A stretch of 64,000 nucleotides of DNA from Ruditapes philippinarum (taxonomy: Eukaryota), in assembly GCF_026571515.1 (NCBI RefSeq), contig NW_026856458.1, positions 62,001-126,000 of the forward strand. The letters are read 5' to 3'. Of this stretch, positions 41,330 to 54,807 are shown in pieces. The notes beneath the pieces were generated by a model. That model was not told where the DNA came from, searched no databases, and saw nothing but the letters and a program-made list of their open reading frames with translations. The stretch's first letter is position 1; every line of letters begins with the position of its first letter. The position numbers were made by a program, and so were the translations under genes.

Positions 41330-41790
41330 GTTACAAAATAGCTACTAATTAACAAGGTATATTTGACAAAGTACATAATATATATGATTAAAAAAAATTT
41401 AAATATAGCTACATGTATAGCTACAAAGTAAATTTTGAAATACACAGACAATATATGATTAAAAACAAAGAAAATAGCCATAAGACTTTGAAAGTGACTT
41501 TATGATTCACAAGGTAGTTATATTATTCAATTATTTGGAAAATAGCTACAAGATTTAAAAAAAAAGTATTTTTATGACTCTCGAAGTAGCTATATGATGT
41601 TAAGATTTAAAATATCTACATAATCAACAAAGTATTTAAAGATTAGACACAAAGCTACATGATTTACAAAGTAACTTTGTGATTTACAAAGAAGCTTTAT
41701 GATTTAAAGATTTAACAAATAACTTCATGCCTTACAAAGTAACCTTATGATTCTTAAAGTAGCTATATAATTTTAAGATTAAAACTATGT
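41330..41790. repeat. Degenerate ~20-bp minisatellite (AAAGTAGCTACATGATTTAC-like)
   Basis: Recurrent TAGCTAC/ATGATT/ACAAAGTA motifs. Confidence 0.6.
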
Positions 41791-41976
41791 ACTGATTGTA
41801 TTTTTGTTTCAGCGTTTTCCACCCTCTTTATATTTATAGTTTCAAATAATGTCTACAAGTAAAGACTATAGATGGTAATTACATGTAAAACATATAATAT
41901 GAAAAAATAAAAACGTACGAGTAGTTTGATGGAATATAAGAGATTTTATGATAAGATAATCAAATATAATTTTTAG

Positions 41977-41995
41977 AAAAAAAAAAAAAAATAAA

Positions 41996-42033
<38 letters not shown>

Positions 42034-42182
42034 TAACTATTATGATAATGAGAAAAATGATGATGATCATTATCATCATCATAAATAGATAAATAAATAA
42101 ATTAATTAATTAATTAATCAATTGATAAATTAATTAATAAATAAATTAATTAATTAATTAACAATTAAATAACTAATAATAA
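41977..42182. repeat. poly-A, (AAT)n, (GAT)n and (TAAT)n low-complexity tract
   Basis: Directly visible. Confidence 0.9.
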
Positions 42183-42584
42183 CAGAGAACCGTTGAAGTT
42201 TCTTTATTCCGAATACAATTCCAAATCAGACTCAAAATGTTCGTATAAAAATATAACATTAACTTTTTTTAAGAGTATCTGCATTTTTAAAATCATTTCC
42301 TAATGAATTAGTAGGCAAAATAATCAAGTATGTTTCTTAAATTTTAACGGACGTGCTCTTGTTACACTTACTATAACCATGTTATAAATGTAATAATATG
42401 TTTATTACTGTATGCACGTTCATAATAAGACCATTATTGTATTATTACGGTTAATTAAAATTCGCTACATTAATGACTAATTAACAGTTTGACCTGACAT
42501 TTTCAGTTTATCAAATAACATTGTGTTGATTGTTATTTGGCGTACTTACAAAAATTAGGCTAGTTTAATTTTAGATACATTTTT

Positions 42585-42920
42585 ATTTTGTTTGGGTTTT
42601 ACGTCGCAGCAGCATTATAAAGGTCATATGGCTAATTTCAAGGTTTACTGAAGTAAGGCCAAAGGTGTCCCACAATGCATTATATCAGGCACAAATAAGC
42701 ATGAACGTATAAGTACAAGAGAAAGCAGGCTGGATACCTTCCTTTTATGACAGAATCCAAAGTCTGGAAATAAAGTGATCCCTCGGAAGCACTCATCACA
42801 ACAAAATAACAAAGTGCAGACTCGGTTTGATTGAGTCTGTCCATGAGGGATATAGTACTTGATGGGATTCGAGCCCAAATCAGTAAGTGGAAAATGGTCG
42901 GAAGGCAACGACTTTAACTA
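42585..42920 (-). mobile_element. tRNA-derived SINE (Meta-domain-like), interrupted by a ~95-bp insertion
   Basis: Reverse complement of the family at 62740-63010 (TGGGTTTTACGTCGCA, GCTGGATACCTTCC, GAATCCAAAGTC, GGATTCGAGCCC). Foreign sequence at ~42765-42862. Confidence 0.75.
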
Positions 42921-43819
42921 TGGATTTTAGATATCAAATAAATGTCGATATTAAATTATTTCAGCTAATTAATGACAAACAATTCAGATTTTACAGGTCT
43001 CTATAAATCGCAAGACAGGGTATAGTGATTCCGTTTATATTCAGTAACTGTGATGTATCATTCAGAAATATTTTTTAAAATAATTTCTATTTTACTTTTT
43101 TAAAACATTCAAATAGTCACTATTTTATTCTAATAACAGTCAAATAAACAGTGTACAGAAATAAACAAACAATACGAAACAGGAAAAAAAGTACAAATGA
43201 TACGATTTGAATTTAATAGCGACATCATGGTTACTTTCTAATTTAGTTAAATTATCATTAAAATGTATTATGCCTTAAAATGGTGAAAAAATGCTTCCTT
43301 AGAATTCTGACAAGATTATTCACCAAGGTATATTAATTCATCTTTCCTTAAATATTTTGTAACAGCGATTTCTATAGGGACTGTTTTATTACTATTTGGT
43401 TAAATATTAATGAATTTTGTCGACAATATTACATTTACTTACAAAACAAAAATAAAAAAGTTCTAGAAGTGGAATGAAAAGTAATACTTTAAAATCAAAC
43501 AACATCGTAAATCAAAACTTATTAGGGGTACTTTTTAAATGAGCATGTTAAAGATTAACACTAGTTGATGCAATTTAAATTCCATGCCCCCTAACACCGT
43601 CATTTAAATAAATAATAATTGTAATTTACATATAGAGCTATGCACCTGTATATCTAATGGAGGCAAAATTACCACAATTTTTCCATCTTAAATGTTACAA
43701 TGCTTTTCATGAACAAGCTCAATAAACTTATAAAACCCGAATCTTCGTTGATGTCAATGGCTTATGCTAAAATTTTTTAATGTGTTCGGCATTATCTCGG
43801 CGGCAGATCCACATTGTCA

Positions 43820-44010
43820 GTTAACATAGATAACAACCTACGTATACCAATTTCGCCGCAAGTGACTGACTACAAATCCTATACGATTTCTGAATCAGCA
43901 GTGAGAAGGAAATGACCATTGTATACAATATCCGAGTCGCGTTGCCACGAAAAAATAACGCCTTGCCTTGTCAAACCAGCGACCCCTGCATTACTAATCC
44001 GATGGCTTCC
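43820..44010 (-). mobile_element. Degraded tRNA-derived SINE, same family as 1150-1310
   Basis: CCGCAAGTGACTGAC...TCTGAATCAGCAGTG...AAATGACCATT...CCAGCGACCCCTGCATTA. Confidence 0.6.
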
Positions 44011-45389
44011 AGTATTTTAGTTTGAAGTACTCCTGGGCTCCTTGCCGCTGGTTCTTGTTGCTGGGTCGTGTGTGGGTTGCGTTCGTTGGACGCCGCCTTT
44101 CCTTGTCGATCTTCTTTTATCAGGTTTTTCTACTGAACTAAGCGGGCGTACGTTGATAGATCATTTTTATGCATGGGAATTATACGTTGGACGACAAGTA
44201 ATTTTATAAGAACATATAATCATATCATTTATATTTCTAGCAATGCCATCAAATATCTAAGCTTCAATCAGGTCAATGTACAGTTAATCTAGGCTAAAGA
44301 TACTGATACTATAAATTGGCTTTCATTTATGGATGGAAGTTTGAAATGATTAGTTCTACATTAATTCTACTTAGACTTGTACAATAACAATGCATTACAT
44401 TAAATATACAAATTGGATAATACAGATCTCATCAGCATATATATATATATATATCTTATAAAACCTATTAAACCTAATCAATTTTAATATATATATTTGT
44501 TCTGCTCAAAGGTTGTATTACATGTTTAAATTGAATTTACTTCACTACAGTATTGGAACAGTACCTAGAAAGCAAAATCACAACACAGAAAAAGTTTTTG
44601 TCTCCGAATCTTACATTTTTCATTCAATATCGTATCCTTATCGGTGAGACATCTTAGATTGTATTTCGGCGGATGAAGGAAAAGACGAGATTTTTTTATT
44701 TAATCATTTAAGCGCATTGTCAGTTATATACCGGAATACGGTATCCGGTGTAAGTGCTGCAACACTATTCTTTTTTTCAGACTCTCGTAACAAAATTTTA
44801 CATTTCGGCGGGTTTGGATTTTTTTACTTGTTTTGTTTCTAATAAATTTCCAGAATCTTTTTTTAAGATAATTCAAAACAGTTTTTAACCATATCAAACA
44901 AACAGCTATATAAATGGGAAAATAATGTTAATTGGAATCTTAAAGGTTGCCAAACATGTAAATATTAAGAGCTTTGCATGCTTAGTTTCTTGAGGGCAGT
45001 CGTTTATGCAGCCGAGAGCACAGGCTTTGGAAAAATACTCCATTCAAACATGAAAATGGTATTTCAGTTAAAAATGTTTAAGCTTTGTGTTAATATGAAG
45101 GTAACAACGACATTCTGCCTGTTTTCAAAATTTATCATTAATACACAAACACGTGAAAAAATTAATCTTATACAATAGTTATCACGAATATACTGCATGT
45201 AAACCTTATTTTATTTTTCAAATGTTATACATATTATGTAAAAATTGCAATTTGTTGCACTAAAAACAGTCAAGTCAAGTCAAGTCAGAACTATACCCCC
45301 CCCCCCCCCCCCCCCTCTCCAAAAAATAAAATAATAATAATCTTTCTTTATTTCTTTCTTTTTTCGTTCTTCTTTTTCAATATTTAAAA

Positions 45390-45826
45390 TACTATGGCGC
45401 TATCTAAGATTGTTAGGAACATATGAGCATTTAAAAGTANNNNNNNNNNNNNNNNNNNNNNNNNNNNNNNNNNNNNNNNNNNNNNNNNNNNNNNNNNNNN
45501 NNNNNNNNNNNNNNNNNNNNNNNNNNNNNNNNNNNNNNNNNNNNNNNNNNNNNNNNNNNNNNNNNNNNNNNNNNNNNNNNNNNNNNNNNNNNNNNNNNNN
45601 TCCTATGGCGCTATCTAAGATTGTTAGGAACATATGANNNNNNNNNNNNNNNNNNNNNNNNNNNNNNNNNNNNNNNNNNNNNNNNNNNNNNNNNNNNNNN
45701 NNNNNNNNNNNNNNNNNNNNNNNNNNNNNNNNNNNNNNNNNNNNNNNNNNNNNNNNNNNNNNNNNNNNNNNNNNNNNNNATCCTATCGCGCTATCTAAGA
45801 TTGTTAGGAACATATGAGCATTTAAT
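45390..45826. other. Assembly gap (N 45440-45600 and 45638-45779) with three copies of a ~40-45 bp sequence
   Basis: CTAT(G/C)GCGCTATCTAAGATTGTTAGGAACATATGA occurs left of, between and right of the N runs. Confidence 0.95.
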
Positions 45827-45829
45827 AGT

Positions 45830-45900
45830 ATTCTTTCTTTCTGTCCTTCTTTCCTTCTTTCTTTCATTCTTTCTTTCTTTCTTTCTTTTTTTCTTTCTTT
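45830..45900. repeat. (TTTC)n microsatellite
   Basis: Directly visible. Confidence 0.9.
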
Positions 45901-48516
45901 CATGTATCCATTCTCCATTTTTACCTTTAAAATCGTTTTACTAGCTATTTTTATCTATAGACACAAAAAGTACTATTTCTGTAATTTTATTTTATTTCCA
46001 TTACGCGTCAATCAACTGTCTTGTTAATTTACACTCAAATAGAGACTAAATTCATTAAAAACCATTTGCATTCCTTCTCAGCAGGAGGAAAGCACAAATT
46101 GTCTTCTAGAAGCTATTGTCCGACAACGGAAATGCATGAGGCTACACCAAATTTACAGTGAAGAAAAATTCATAATTGCAAGGACATGATTCTAAAGATT
46201 TTTTTTTATAGAATGCAACACGTTCATGTTTTATTTTATCATGTTACTGCACGCAAAGGCACTTAAATGTTTCTCATTTTTAAAAGTGAAAGCGAGAAGT
46301 TTTTATTTCATTTCTTCAAAATAATTGCTTCATTCAAACTTTTGTTTCAACAATATTGTTTTCTAGTTCAAAATTAAAATCACAACAACCACACACTAAT
46401 ACAACAACAAAATAAACAACATACCGTATTAAATTATACTGGGAAATAATACGTGTCATCAATGACGCGAACAGCTATTCAATTAAAGTACCTCTTTGTC
46501 ATTTTCAATTCTTGGTCAACACACCCAGAAAAAAATCAGAAAAAATTAGTGTATTTTAATGAGGAGGAGAAAATTAAACTAATGAACATGATAAGTTAAT
46601 TTAAGGATTCGGCTTCAATTTAGTAAAGTAAAGATTCTATCGAGAGTAACGGAGAAAAAAAGAAAGTAATTGAAAACCGAAGGTACAATTTTATTTATTG
46701 TAACGTCAATGAACTTCAAGTATTTGACCTTAAAAATGATTATATTCAGAGACATATTATGCGAGGCCAAAGGAACAAGAGTAAGGTAAGTGGTCATGGC
46801 CCCAAACCCCTTGGATTTTTTTAATTTTTGCAATTTTTTCTTATAAATGAGACACACTTTAGTTAAGTTTTTTAAGGGAAAATCACCTAAATTAGTTTTT
46901 CAATAAACCCAAAATTTTGTTTTCTGACTTAACCCCCTTTTTGGGGGTATGCATCCCCCTTTTTCTAGAAAAAAATATGATCCCTCCTTAAAGGCACGGA
47001 ATGTCTCTGACACAAATATATCTTTCTTTTTGTTGAAACGGCAAACATAGATTTAAAACGATTAAAAAGTGGGCTTCAGAGCATCTTATATGTTAATCAC
47101 CCATGATTTATGGAAACAAATAAAAGCTATGTAGGATCGTTTTAATTATCTCATGCCCATACTACTAATAATCATTATTATAGTAATGATACTTTTACGG
47201 AATAAATTATGTTTCCGTAAATTTTTGTAAATAAACATAAAAAAAAGTATTTTTTACTTTTTTGTTCTAAGAATGACATATATTTCGATTCAAATGTCAT
47301 TACTTTTCTAAAAATGTAAAAAGTTACTGAATGGCATATCTTTCGATTCAAATGTCATTTCTTCTCTAAACATGTAAAAACTTACTCCATTTATAATAAG
47401 TACAAATTTGAAAAAAAAACAACTTTTGTTTGCACATTTATACTCTCAATCTAATCAATGTTTTAAAGCAATTTATTGTTTTTAATCTTCATATCATTAT
47501 ATGTTATAATGACAAAGAAGTTCTTATGATTATTTCCGATCCACCCTGGACAATAGTCCGATAAGGCACTAGTAGATACGTTTGAATGGTCCCATATATT
47601 TGAAACTAATTGCAAAAGTATTGCTATAATTAACTGATAATGAATTTTTACTGATCATATTTTGACATGTTTGTTCATTTTGTTCCTTTGGTTTAAATTT
47701 TGCACAATTTTTACTTAATGTGCCGTCGGTCAGTCTAAGAATAACGGTCATTTTCTAATTTAAAAAAAAAGAAACAAAAAAAGAAAAACACGATGCGCAT
47801 GTGTTAGTTTTATACTCAAAATTTTGTATTCATTGTTTTTTCTTCTTTTTTTTCAGAAGTTGTCTTAAAATTATTTCAATTAAATAATTATATTCGAAGA
47901 ACGATGCAGTTACATCGATAAAAATATTTTTAAAACTTTAAAGCAGTAGGGAATGAAAAATATTTTAGTTTACTCAATTGTTCATACAATTAACATAAGA
48001 ATAATACCGTCATGTTAAACATGTATTTCATATTAGAACATGTATATCCGGAAATGAAGATAAACAATTAGTTAAAAAACTGAGCCTACATGTACTAATG
48101 CTTACGTGTAATTGAGAAATGCGCAAATATCCCAATGTTAAGATTTACAATGAGAAAAAAAAGTAAGCATGTCTTACGGTATGTTAAAGCTATTAAAACA
48201 ATAACATTGAAATATAAACTCGAAAATTAATTCTAAAATGACCAGTATTACATAAAAGCATTTGAATTTGCATAAACTGTGTCGAAAGACTTGCTAAAAA
48301 TCAGTTTAACCAATTATAAAAAAACATACAGCCCTTTGATTATTAACAATCTATAAAAATAACGCCAATTAACGCCATCAGCACATATGTTTTTAATATG
48401 ATTTGTAAGGAATTTAATAATCTTAAGTAAGTCTGAAATTCCGTTTTTTTCTTTCATTTGTAACATAAAATTTCCAGTATGAAACTCACACATTACCAGT
48501 ACAAACATTTACTTAC

Positions 48517-48619
48517 CTAAATAATCAGCGTCAAATCCGTAAAGAGATGCATTGCTTTCTTTAATCACAGGAGATCCTTTTTCTCCAAGTTTGATATTTT
48601 TCAAAATTAGTTTATTCAT
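48517..48619 (-). CDS. Candidate coding exon MNKLILKNIKLGEKGSPVIKESNASLYGFDADYL + phase-1 donor; product unknown
   Basis: Open from ATG to G|GTAAGT. 21/34 aa identical to the paralog at 54808-54910, with 8 purely synonymous codon differences and no indel. Confidence 0.6.
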
Positions 48620-49234
48620 TTCTACCACGATTTACGCCTTTGGTAAAAAAATAAAATGCACTTTTTTAATTTTCCTTGAAAGTTAATATCTTAAATACAA
48701 TTTGTTTTAATATATCGAGTAAAAATTAGTAACGTTATAAAAATCTAAATTAAAGAATGTTTAAATCCGTGATGAAAGCACGTTGATGTTAGGACAAATT
48801 GATATAAATATCCAAGTTTTGAACTTAAAATAAGCACATATAATAAAACTTTGATAGTTATCATTAGGTGGTTATTTTTAAATATTCTTACTCTTCAGTA
48901 GCATTATACTATCTGAATGTATCTTTGTAACTATTTTACTCCTGTAAAGATGTCAGTTTGTAAGAATTAACAAATTTCAGACATCACATGTAGCGATGCA
49001 TTAAAATAAATCAACTACATCACAACATTCTTGAAATTTCCTTCGCTTAATGTTTTGAAACAAACCCATTAAATTCAATATTAAGTAACATCTGCAATCA
49101 AATCAAGCAGAAACAGAATTTCTAATATGAACTACAATTCCAGGAAATTGAATCAAGTTCGCATGGCCATTTCATGCTTTGCTGTACCAACAAGAATACT
49201 TTCAAATGACTCCTTAATCTCAGAAAAAAATCAA

Positions 49235-49267
49235 CAGCTCGTGTTTTCCAATAAGTAAACATCTGCT
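49235..49267. promoter_or_regulatory. 33-bp block identical between diverged duplicates (candidate cis-element)
   Basis: CAGCTCGTGTTTTCCAATAAGTAAACATCTGCT, identical at 55519-55551; contains the forkhead-type core GTAAACA. Confidence 0.5.
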
Positions 49268-50160
49268 AACGTTTCGGCACAAGAGAGAAATCATTTCACT
49301 GCTTAAACGTCAGTGTCGATAACAGCTACTTTAATGAATAGTATCAAGGCGAGAACGAAAGGATTAATAAACTTTAAATCGTTTTACTAGAATTGATTAC
49401 AAGTATTCTGGATGCAGGTAAACATGTCCATCAAGATATAAATCGTGTTGATACGTTCATATCGACCATTGCCTAAAGGTTTCATCGGAAAGAATTTAAA
49501 TGTTACCGATACCTTTCAAGAAGAAATAAGAAAAATAACACAACATAGTCAATCTTTGGTAAAAGTTGTAACTATAAGTAACGAAATAATTACCAACGTT
49601 CTACGGATAGTTTGTTAAGATAACTTAAATATTCGATAATATGTTGTTTTAAGTTTATTATACAACTTTTGTAGATATTTTACTTGCATAGTTTGTATTA
49701 TTGGTTAATTTCAAATGAGGATATATTAGTCTTTGCTAATCCACGTTTTTTCGTTGGTACATATGAACTATCATTATATTATTGAGCAATATTTCACATT
49801 CATAATGTTTTTTCCACAAACGCGTAACATGTGATTCTTATTTCAAAAGTAAAAGCATTTGGTTAAAAATATAATCGTCATTAAAAACTTATCTTAATAG
49901 GTGGTTGTCGGGATTTTTCCTTCGTCGTAACTGTTTTAGAAAACGAAAAACAACTTACTTCAAAACGGAATAATGTCAAACTTTGCTATGGTAATAACAA
50001 GTAACAGAAATTCATAATTCTTCAATAGATTTGTTTTCTTTTGTTGTAATTTAATAAAAAAATTGCTTTTTAGCGTAAAATTCTGAGACGAAGTTCTATC
50101 TTTTACGTTATGGTTTGGATTTTTTATTCATTGTATTTTAAAATGATGCAATTTGAAAGA

Positions 50161-50266
50161 AGATTGAGCCTTTCATGGACGGTACTTAAGTTCGAGCTAC
50201 CGTCCACACCCCTTTAAGCAGAATTCAAGTTTTAGCTACACATGGTAAATTTTGAATTTAGAAACA
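50161..50266 (+). repeat. Multi-hairpin dispersed element, orientation A
   Basis: GATTGAGCCTTTCA-TGGACGGTA-(altered loop)-TACCGTCCA...TAAGCAGAATTCAA...TTTGAATTTAGAAACA. Confidence 0.8.
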
Positions 50267-51184
50267 GACCTTATCTAATGTCGCGTGTCTTGAAATAACG
50301 TTTTATAACTAATTGTCGAATAAAAGAAAATCAAGTTTCCCCTCGAAATTGTAATTAAAAAAATATGCATACAATCAACTGGATTTCTGTTAATATTAGA
50401 AAGCATTAACATTGAATTAACTTGAATTCACTTCCCACAATAAAACCAGATTCTTATACATTCTACAAACGTTATTATTTTTCATAGAAATATTACAGTT
50501 TTTACTTGATTTCAGTAGACAAGATAATTCTGTATTGATTTGTTCAAAACAAAACATAAAGCCTTAACATTTTACATCGTCAAAATATAATTATATTTGA
50601 TCTTCATCTAAAAGAAAACTAATTGAAAACATGAGAAAAACATATTAAACATACTATTTGCTTTTATGTTTCATACTCATTATGCTTAGCTAGTATTTGC
50701 TAATTTCAATGTATCTTAAACAAGAATAACATAGTTATTTTGAGGTATTCAATGCAATAGCGTAGCAACACTTGTATTTGACTTTGGCCCTATAATTAAT
50801 TAAGCTTAAAATGTTTTCATCATTTTCGAATGTGCCTTTATAACTATCAGATACAAAGCGTTTATTTACATTTATTATAGATATGTATAATGAATTCGAC
50901 ATTTTTTTCTGAAATAACCATGATGTTTGTTTATGATTTTACTAAGAGCGAGAGTTATTATTCGCTTTTAGTCTGTCGACTGCAACGAATTCTATCAATG
51001 TAGACAGTGCAAACACGGATCAGGTGGACGGTACATGCAGTCGATGATCTATTTGGTTTGCTAGTTTTGAATTTCTTTCTTACAATATATGAACGATGTT
51101 GTCCATATTGAAAGATAAAGATGTTCGTTAAATATTTATAGCGTGATAAGGGTAAATTTCGTGCGTAAATATATGAACATGTTC

Positions 51185-51300
51185 ATTTAATACTTAATCC
51201 GGTGCTAGGAGGCTTGGGCAGTATCTTGCACATACCAGTACCGTCGATGAACACGCTCAATCAATCCGAGCCTGCAACAATTACACTCTTGCTGTGTTGA
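51185..51300 (-). repeat. Multi-hairpin dispersed element, orientation B
   Basis: CCGGTGCTAGGAGGC...CTTGCAC...CCAGTACCGTC...GCTCAATCAATCCGAGCCTGCAACA. Confidence 0.8.
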
Positions 51301-51711
51301 ACTTAAACAAATGATTCTTTCTTTTTTTTCTCCTAGTATATTTGTCAGACGCATATCCTGTCTATAAATAAAAAATAAAATCTATGTTCAAATGTGTCAC
51401 CATCATAATATCAAATCTAAACCATCCTTAAGCACTTTCTATTTGAAGTGAGAGAATTTAATGAAACTTATTTGGAAGTTTCAATTTAAGATATCGCTCA
51501 CGGGAAAATTTCTTTTATCTCGAAATTGATAACATGTGCAGAAGATAGGTTCAGGAAAACAGGTGAACTAGGGATATGCATATTATAATAGTTAGTTTTT
51601 TTTGACAGTGTACAGACTATACTTCACTTCATGGTATATTGTAATTATTACTGTTCAAATCGTCTGGTTAGTCGAGATCAGTGATCCAATTAAAGTTGTC
51701 ATATTTAAGCA

Positions 51712-51810
51712 TTTAATGTCGATTTAGCCGGTACTAGATGGCGCGGGAAGCGTTTATATTTACTTTCATGAAAAGATTCAATTCAACTAAATGTAGGATT
51801 TTCAACTTTT
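51712..51810 (-). repeat. Multi-hairpin dispersed element, degraded (orientation B)
   Basis: AGCCGGTACTAGATGGCGCGG...CATGAAAAGATTCAA. Confidence 0.55.
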
Positions 51811-52189
51811 TGTTTTCGTTTTCCTGGAAGATTGCCCTTTTTCAAAAATTATATTAAACTAAAGTTAATAAGACTAGACATATATAAATACCCTATATTT
51901 TGTAGTACAACAATAGTAGAGAGTTACATACTTCTTAATAATACAGCAGACAAATGACATTCCTCACAACTAAGAACTGTACGAAATCCCATTTAATATG
52001 CTCTAGCCGTCGGGAACAATTTGCGTGTTTCACGAAAAAGTTCATGATATCTATTACGAAAGACAAGTTGAAGACAAAGTGACAGAATATCGCTTGCGTA
52101 CAAGACACATTTTCTTCGAGCTTTGTTTGATCTTTAATTGAAAACAAATATAAGAAAATGTCAACAACTTAGTTAAACAAAAGTGCAAC

Positions 52190-52295
52190 TGTTGCAGGCT
52201 CGATTTCATTGAGTCTGTTCTTGGAGGGGAATGGAAAGTGCAAGTTACTGTCCACGGTCCCTAGCACCTGCTTAAGCAGAATTTAACATTTAAAA
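52190..52295 (+). repeat. Multi-hairpin dispersed element, orientation A
   Basis: TGTTGCAGGCTCGATTTCATTGAGTCTGTTC...GGAAAGTGCAAGTTACTGTCCAC...CTAGCACCTGCTTAAGCAGAATTTAACATTT. Confidence 0.8.
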
Positions 52296-52894
52296 CAGGT
52301 TCTACTCGGGAAATAGTCAAATCTTATTTCGTTGACACAAAAGTATTTATTGGAAGTGAATGGAAAGCTTTTAAAAAATGTTCATCATCTTTTTATAAAT
52401 CAGGCTATAATGAGATTGTAAATGTTGAAAAAATTTCTTCACGACTAATCAATAAAACAAATATTTTCATGAATTTCATTCATAAAAAAATTGTTTTATT
52501 GATTTTTGTGTTGACGAAATTTAATCCTAAGACAGAGCAATTTAATTAAGTTGTTGCATCGAAATTTTGAAAAGTTACAAGAAATATCAATGCACGTTCG
52601 ATTTTGGCACCACGATTGTATAATTTATAGTTTTAATCTGATTTCTATGCGGGAAACTTTGAAAAGAATCATATAAAGATAATATAAAACTGTCTTTAAT
52701 ATGGTAACAGTCCTTCCAATCACTCTTAAAAAGCGCATTACAAGATGTCACTATCATACATCAAGAAAGTACAAACAGTGTTATAATTTATATAATTCAA
52801 GAACACAAGAGCTTAGCTACAAAACAGATCTAATTAAGATTATCAATCATTTTGTAATGAGCTTATTAAGTTATTATTTATGTTATTGTCATTT

Positions 52895-53028
52895 TTAGAT
52901 CATATTTATTTCCTTCAGTGTAAACATCAGAAATATAGGATTCTGAAAGGACATTAAACGGTTAATCTTGCCCACAGTTAGAAGACATTGGCTTTCATTA
53001 ACATTATGAATATCAGACACGGTGGAGT
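52895..53028 (-). CDS. Possible downstream exon (D)STVSDIHNVNESQCLLTVGKINRLMSFQNPIFLMFTLKEINMI*
   Basis: Acceptor-like TTTTCAATCATTTACAG| and phase compatible with the 54808-54910 exon. No paralogous copy found to confirm it. Confidence 0.25.
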
Positions 53029-53287
53029 CTGTAAATGATTGAAAACTAACAAGCAATTGACCTACCTTCTGGTAGATAGCGCATTTGCATAATTTCACAT
53101 AAATGTTGAAATATACTTACGATTGTGGATTTATCTTTTTATCATACTATAATGAGACACGTGGAAATGTATGAGATAAATAAATATGTTCTTTATATTA
53201 TTTTTAGAGTTTTAAGTTTAATTCGGTTAAGATGTAGAATAATTTAGAACACGTGGCTATTTCTAGCAAACCTATATTTATACGTCA

Positions 53288-54057
53288 GGGCTGCGTTTCA
53301 TGGAGAGTCCTAAGTCTTAAGTTTGTCTTAAGTCAAAAATTGTGACAATTTTGCGTTTCAAAGAAAGTCTTAAAAAAGGTCCTAACTTATGACTCCTATA
53401 TTTATGACCAAAAACAGTCCTAAGTCTAGGAGTGTTGTAAAGGTATCTTAAGATTGTCCTAAGTCAAAACCACTCCAAAATCAAACAACTTTTTGTTGAA
53501 TTTTGTTTTGAAAACTATCTAGAATGATAAATAATGGTCTAACTAAGAAAATGAATCCGAACACCAATATCTTTAATTCAGTCATTAACGCTGTAAAGAC
53601 GTTTAAAGAGTTGTTTACATGACGTCACAATTAAGCGCCAAATATCGCGTGCAAAACAAGACGCATCTATAATATTACTGCGCGATGTACAATTGCAGTT
53701 GCGTAGCAAGCAAGGGGGTTCGTAAACATTTTTTACTATGAAATTAAATAAAACGGTTATTTTATCGTTTTTCGTGAAATATGGTATATATTTTCACTCA
53801 ACATGATAAGAGGGAAATACATTACTTTTTATACTTGCTATAATCAATTACATAGTAAATCAAATCCAGGATTATGCGCGTGCCATTGTATTTTGTAATT
53901 TTTTTCAGGAGAGCAAATTGGTCATAAGTCTTAAGTTTAAGACAAAAGATAGGACAGTTACTTGAAACGGTCTTAAGTGCAAAAACTTTTTCTCCTAAAG
54001 TTGGTCATAAGTCCTAGGATTTGGGATTAACTTAAGACTCTCCATGAAACGCAGCCC
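53288..54057. mobile_element. MITE with long TIRs (PIF/Harbinger-like ends)
   Basis: GGGCTGCGTTTCATGGAGAGTC at the left end and GACTCTCCATGAAACGCAGCCC at the right end; subterminal (C/T)TAAGT repeats; flanking trinucleotides differ (TCA/AGA). Confidence 0.85.
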
Positions 54058-54179
54058 AGACATATAACATATCTTTCAACTTGAATAGTGCGTAAAAGAT
54101 GTTTTTGTTTCTGTACAATTTGTACATAAAAAGCGGAGCACAACCTCAAATGCTGATTTTTTTTAAATTCAAAATGAAT

Positions 54180-54295
54180 GAATGATGAATTCTACTTAAG
54201 ACGGGACTATTGTGCGTTGGCAGTAGATAGGGACATACTGATCATGAACAGGCTCAACCAAACCAAGCCTGCAAGATATATATTTTTTGCCTTTA
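54180..54295 (-). repeat. Multi-hairpin dispersed element, degraded (orientation B)
   Basis: TGAATTCTACTTAAG...CATGAACAGGCTCAACCAAACCAAGCCTGCAA. Confidence 0.7.
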
Positions 54296-54807
54296 TCGGC
54301 ATTGCTCGGTCGCATTTTTATCCACGGTGACATTGTTGTTTTTTCTTCAGATATATAATATTAAGAAAAAAAGTAGTTATCAAAACTTGAAAAAAGAATA
54401 TGATGTAAATTCTCAATACTGCGCTGGTCGCAATGTCTGATAAATCAATCTAACAGATTTGATGAAGATATTATATCAATCTCTATTTTTTGGAATTATA
54501 GATGACATCTCAGCAGGACATTTGAAATAAAATAATATGGAAAAAGCAGTATAAACAACTCAATTTACTTACATGGCTTAGATTTGTTATACATTTTCCA
54601 AATATAAAATTTGAGCATGATATATTTTTAAACTGTTTTGACACCATTGTCCTTTACAGGTTGATGCATAATCATAACAATCTTTCCTGTTTCGGCGTCA
54701 TATGACATTAACTGTGTTGCTACGCCGAAAATCAAGCAAAACAAACAAACAAAAACTGGTGTTTTAGCAAGCAAGTGTAATTTCGCAAAGACATACTAGT
54801 AACTTAC

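Noticed and set aside
45400-45944. Long ORFs in the supplied track
   Set aside because: Artefacts of N runs and a TTTC microsatellite.
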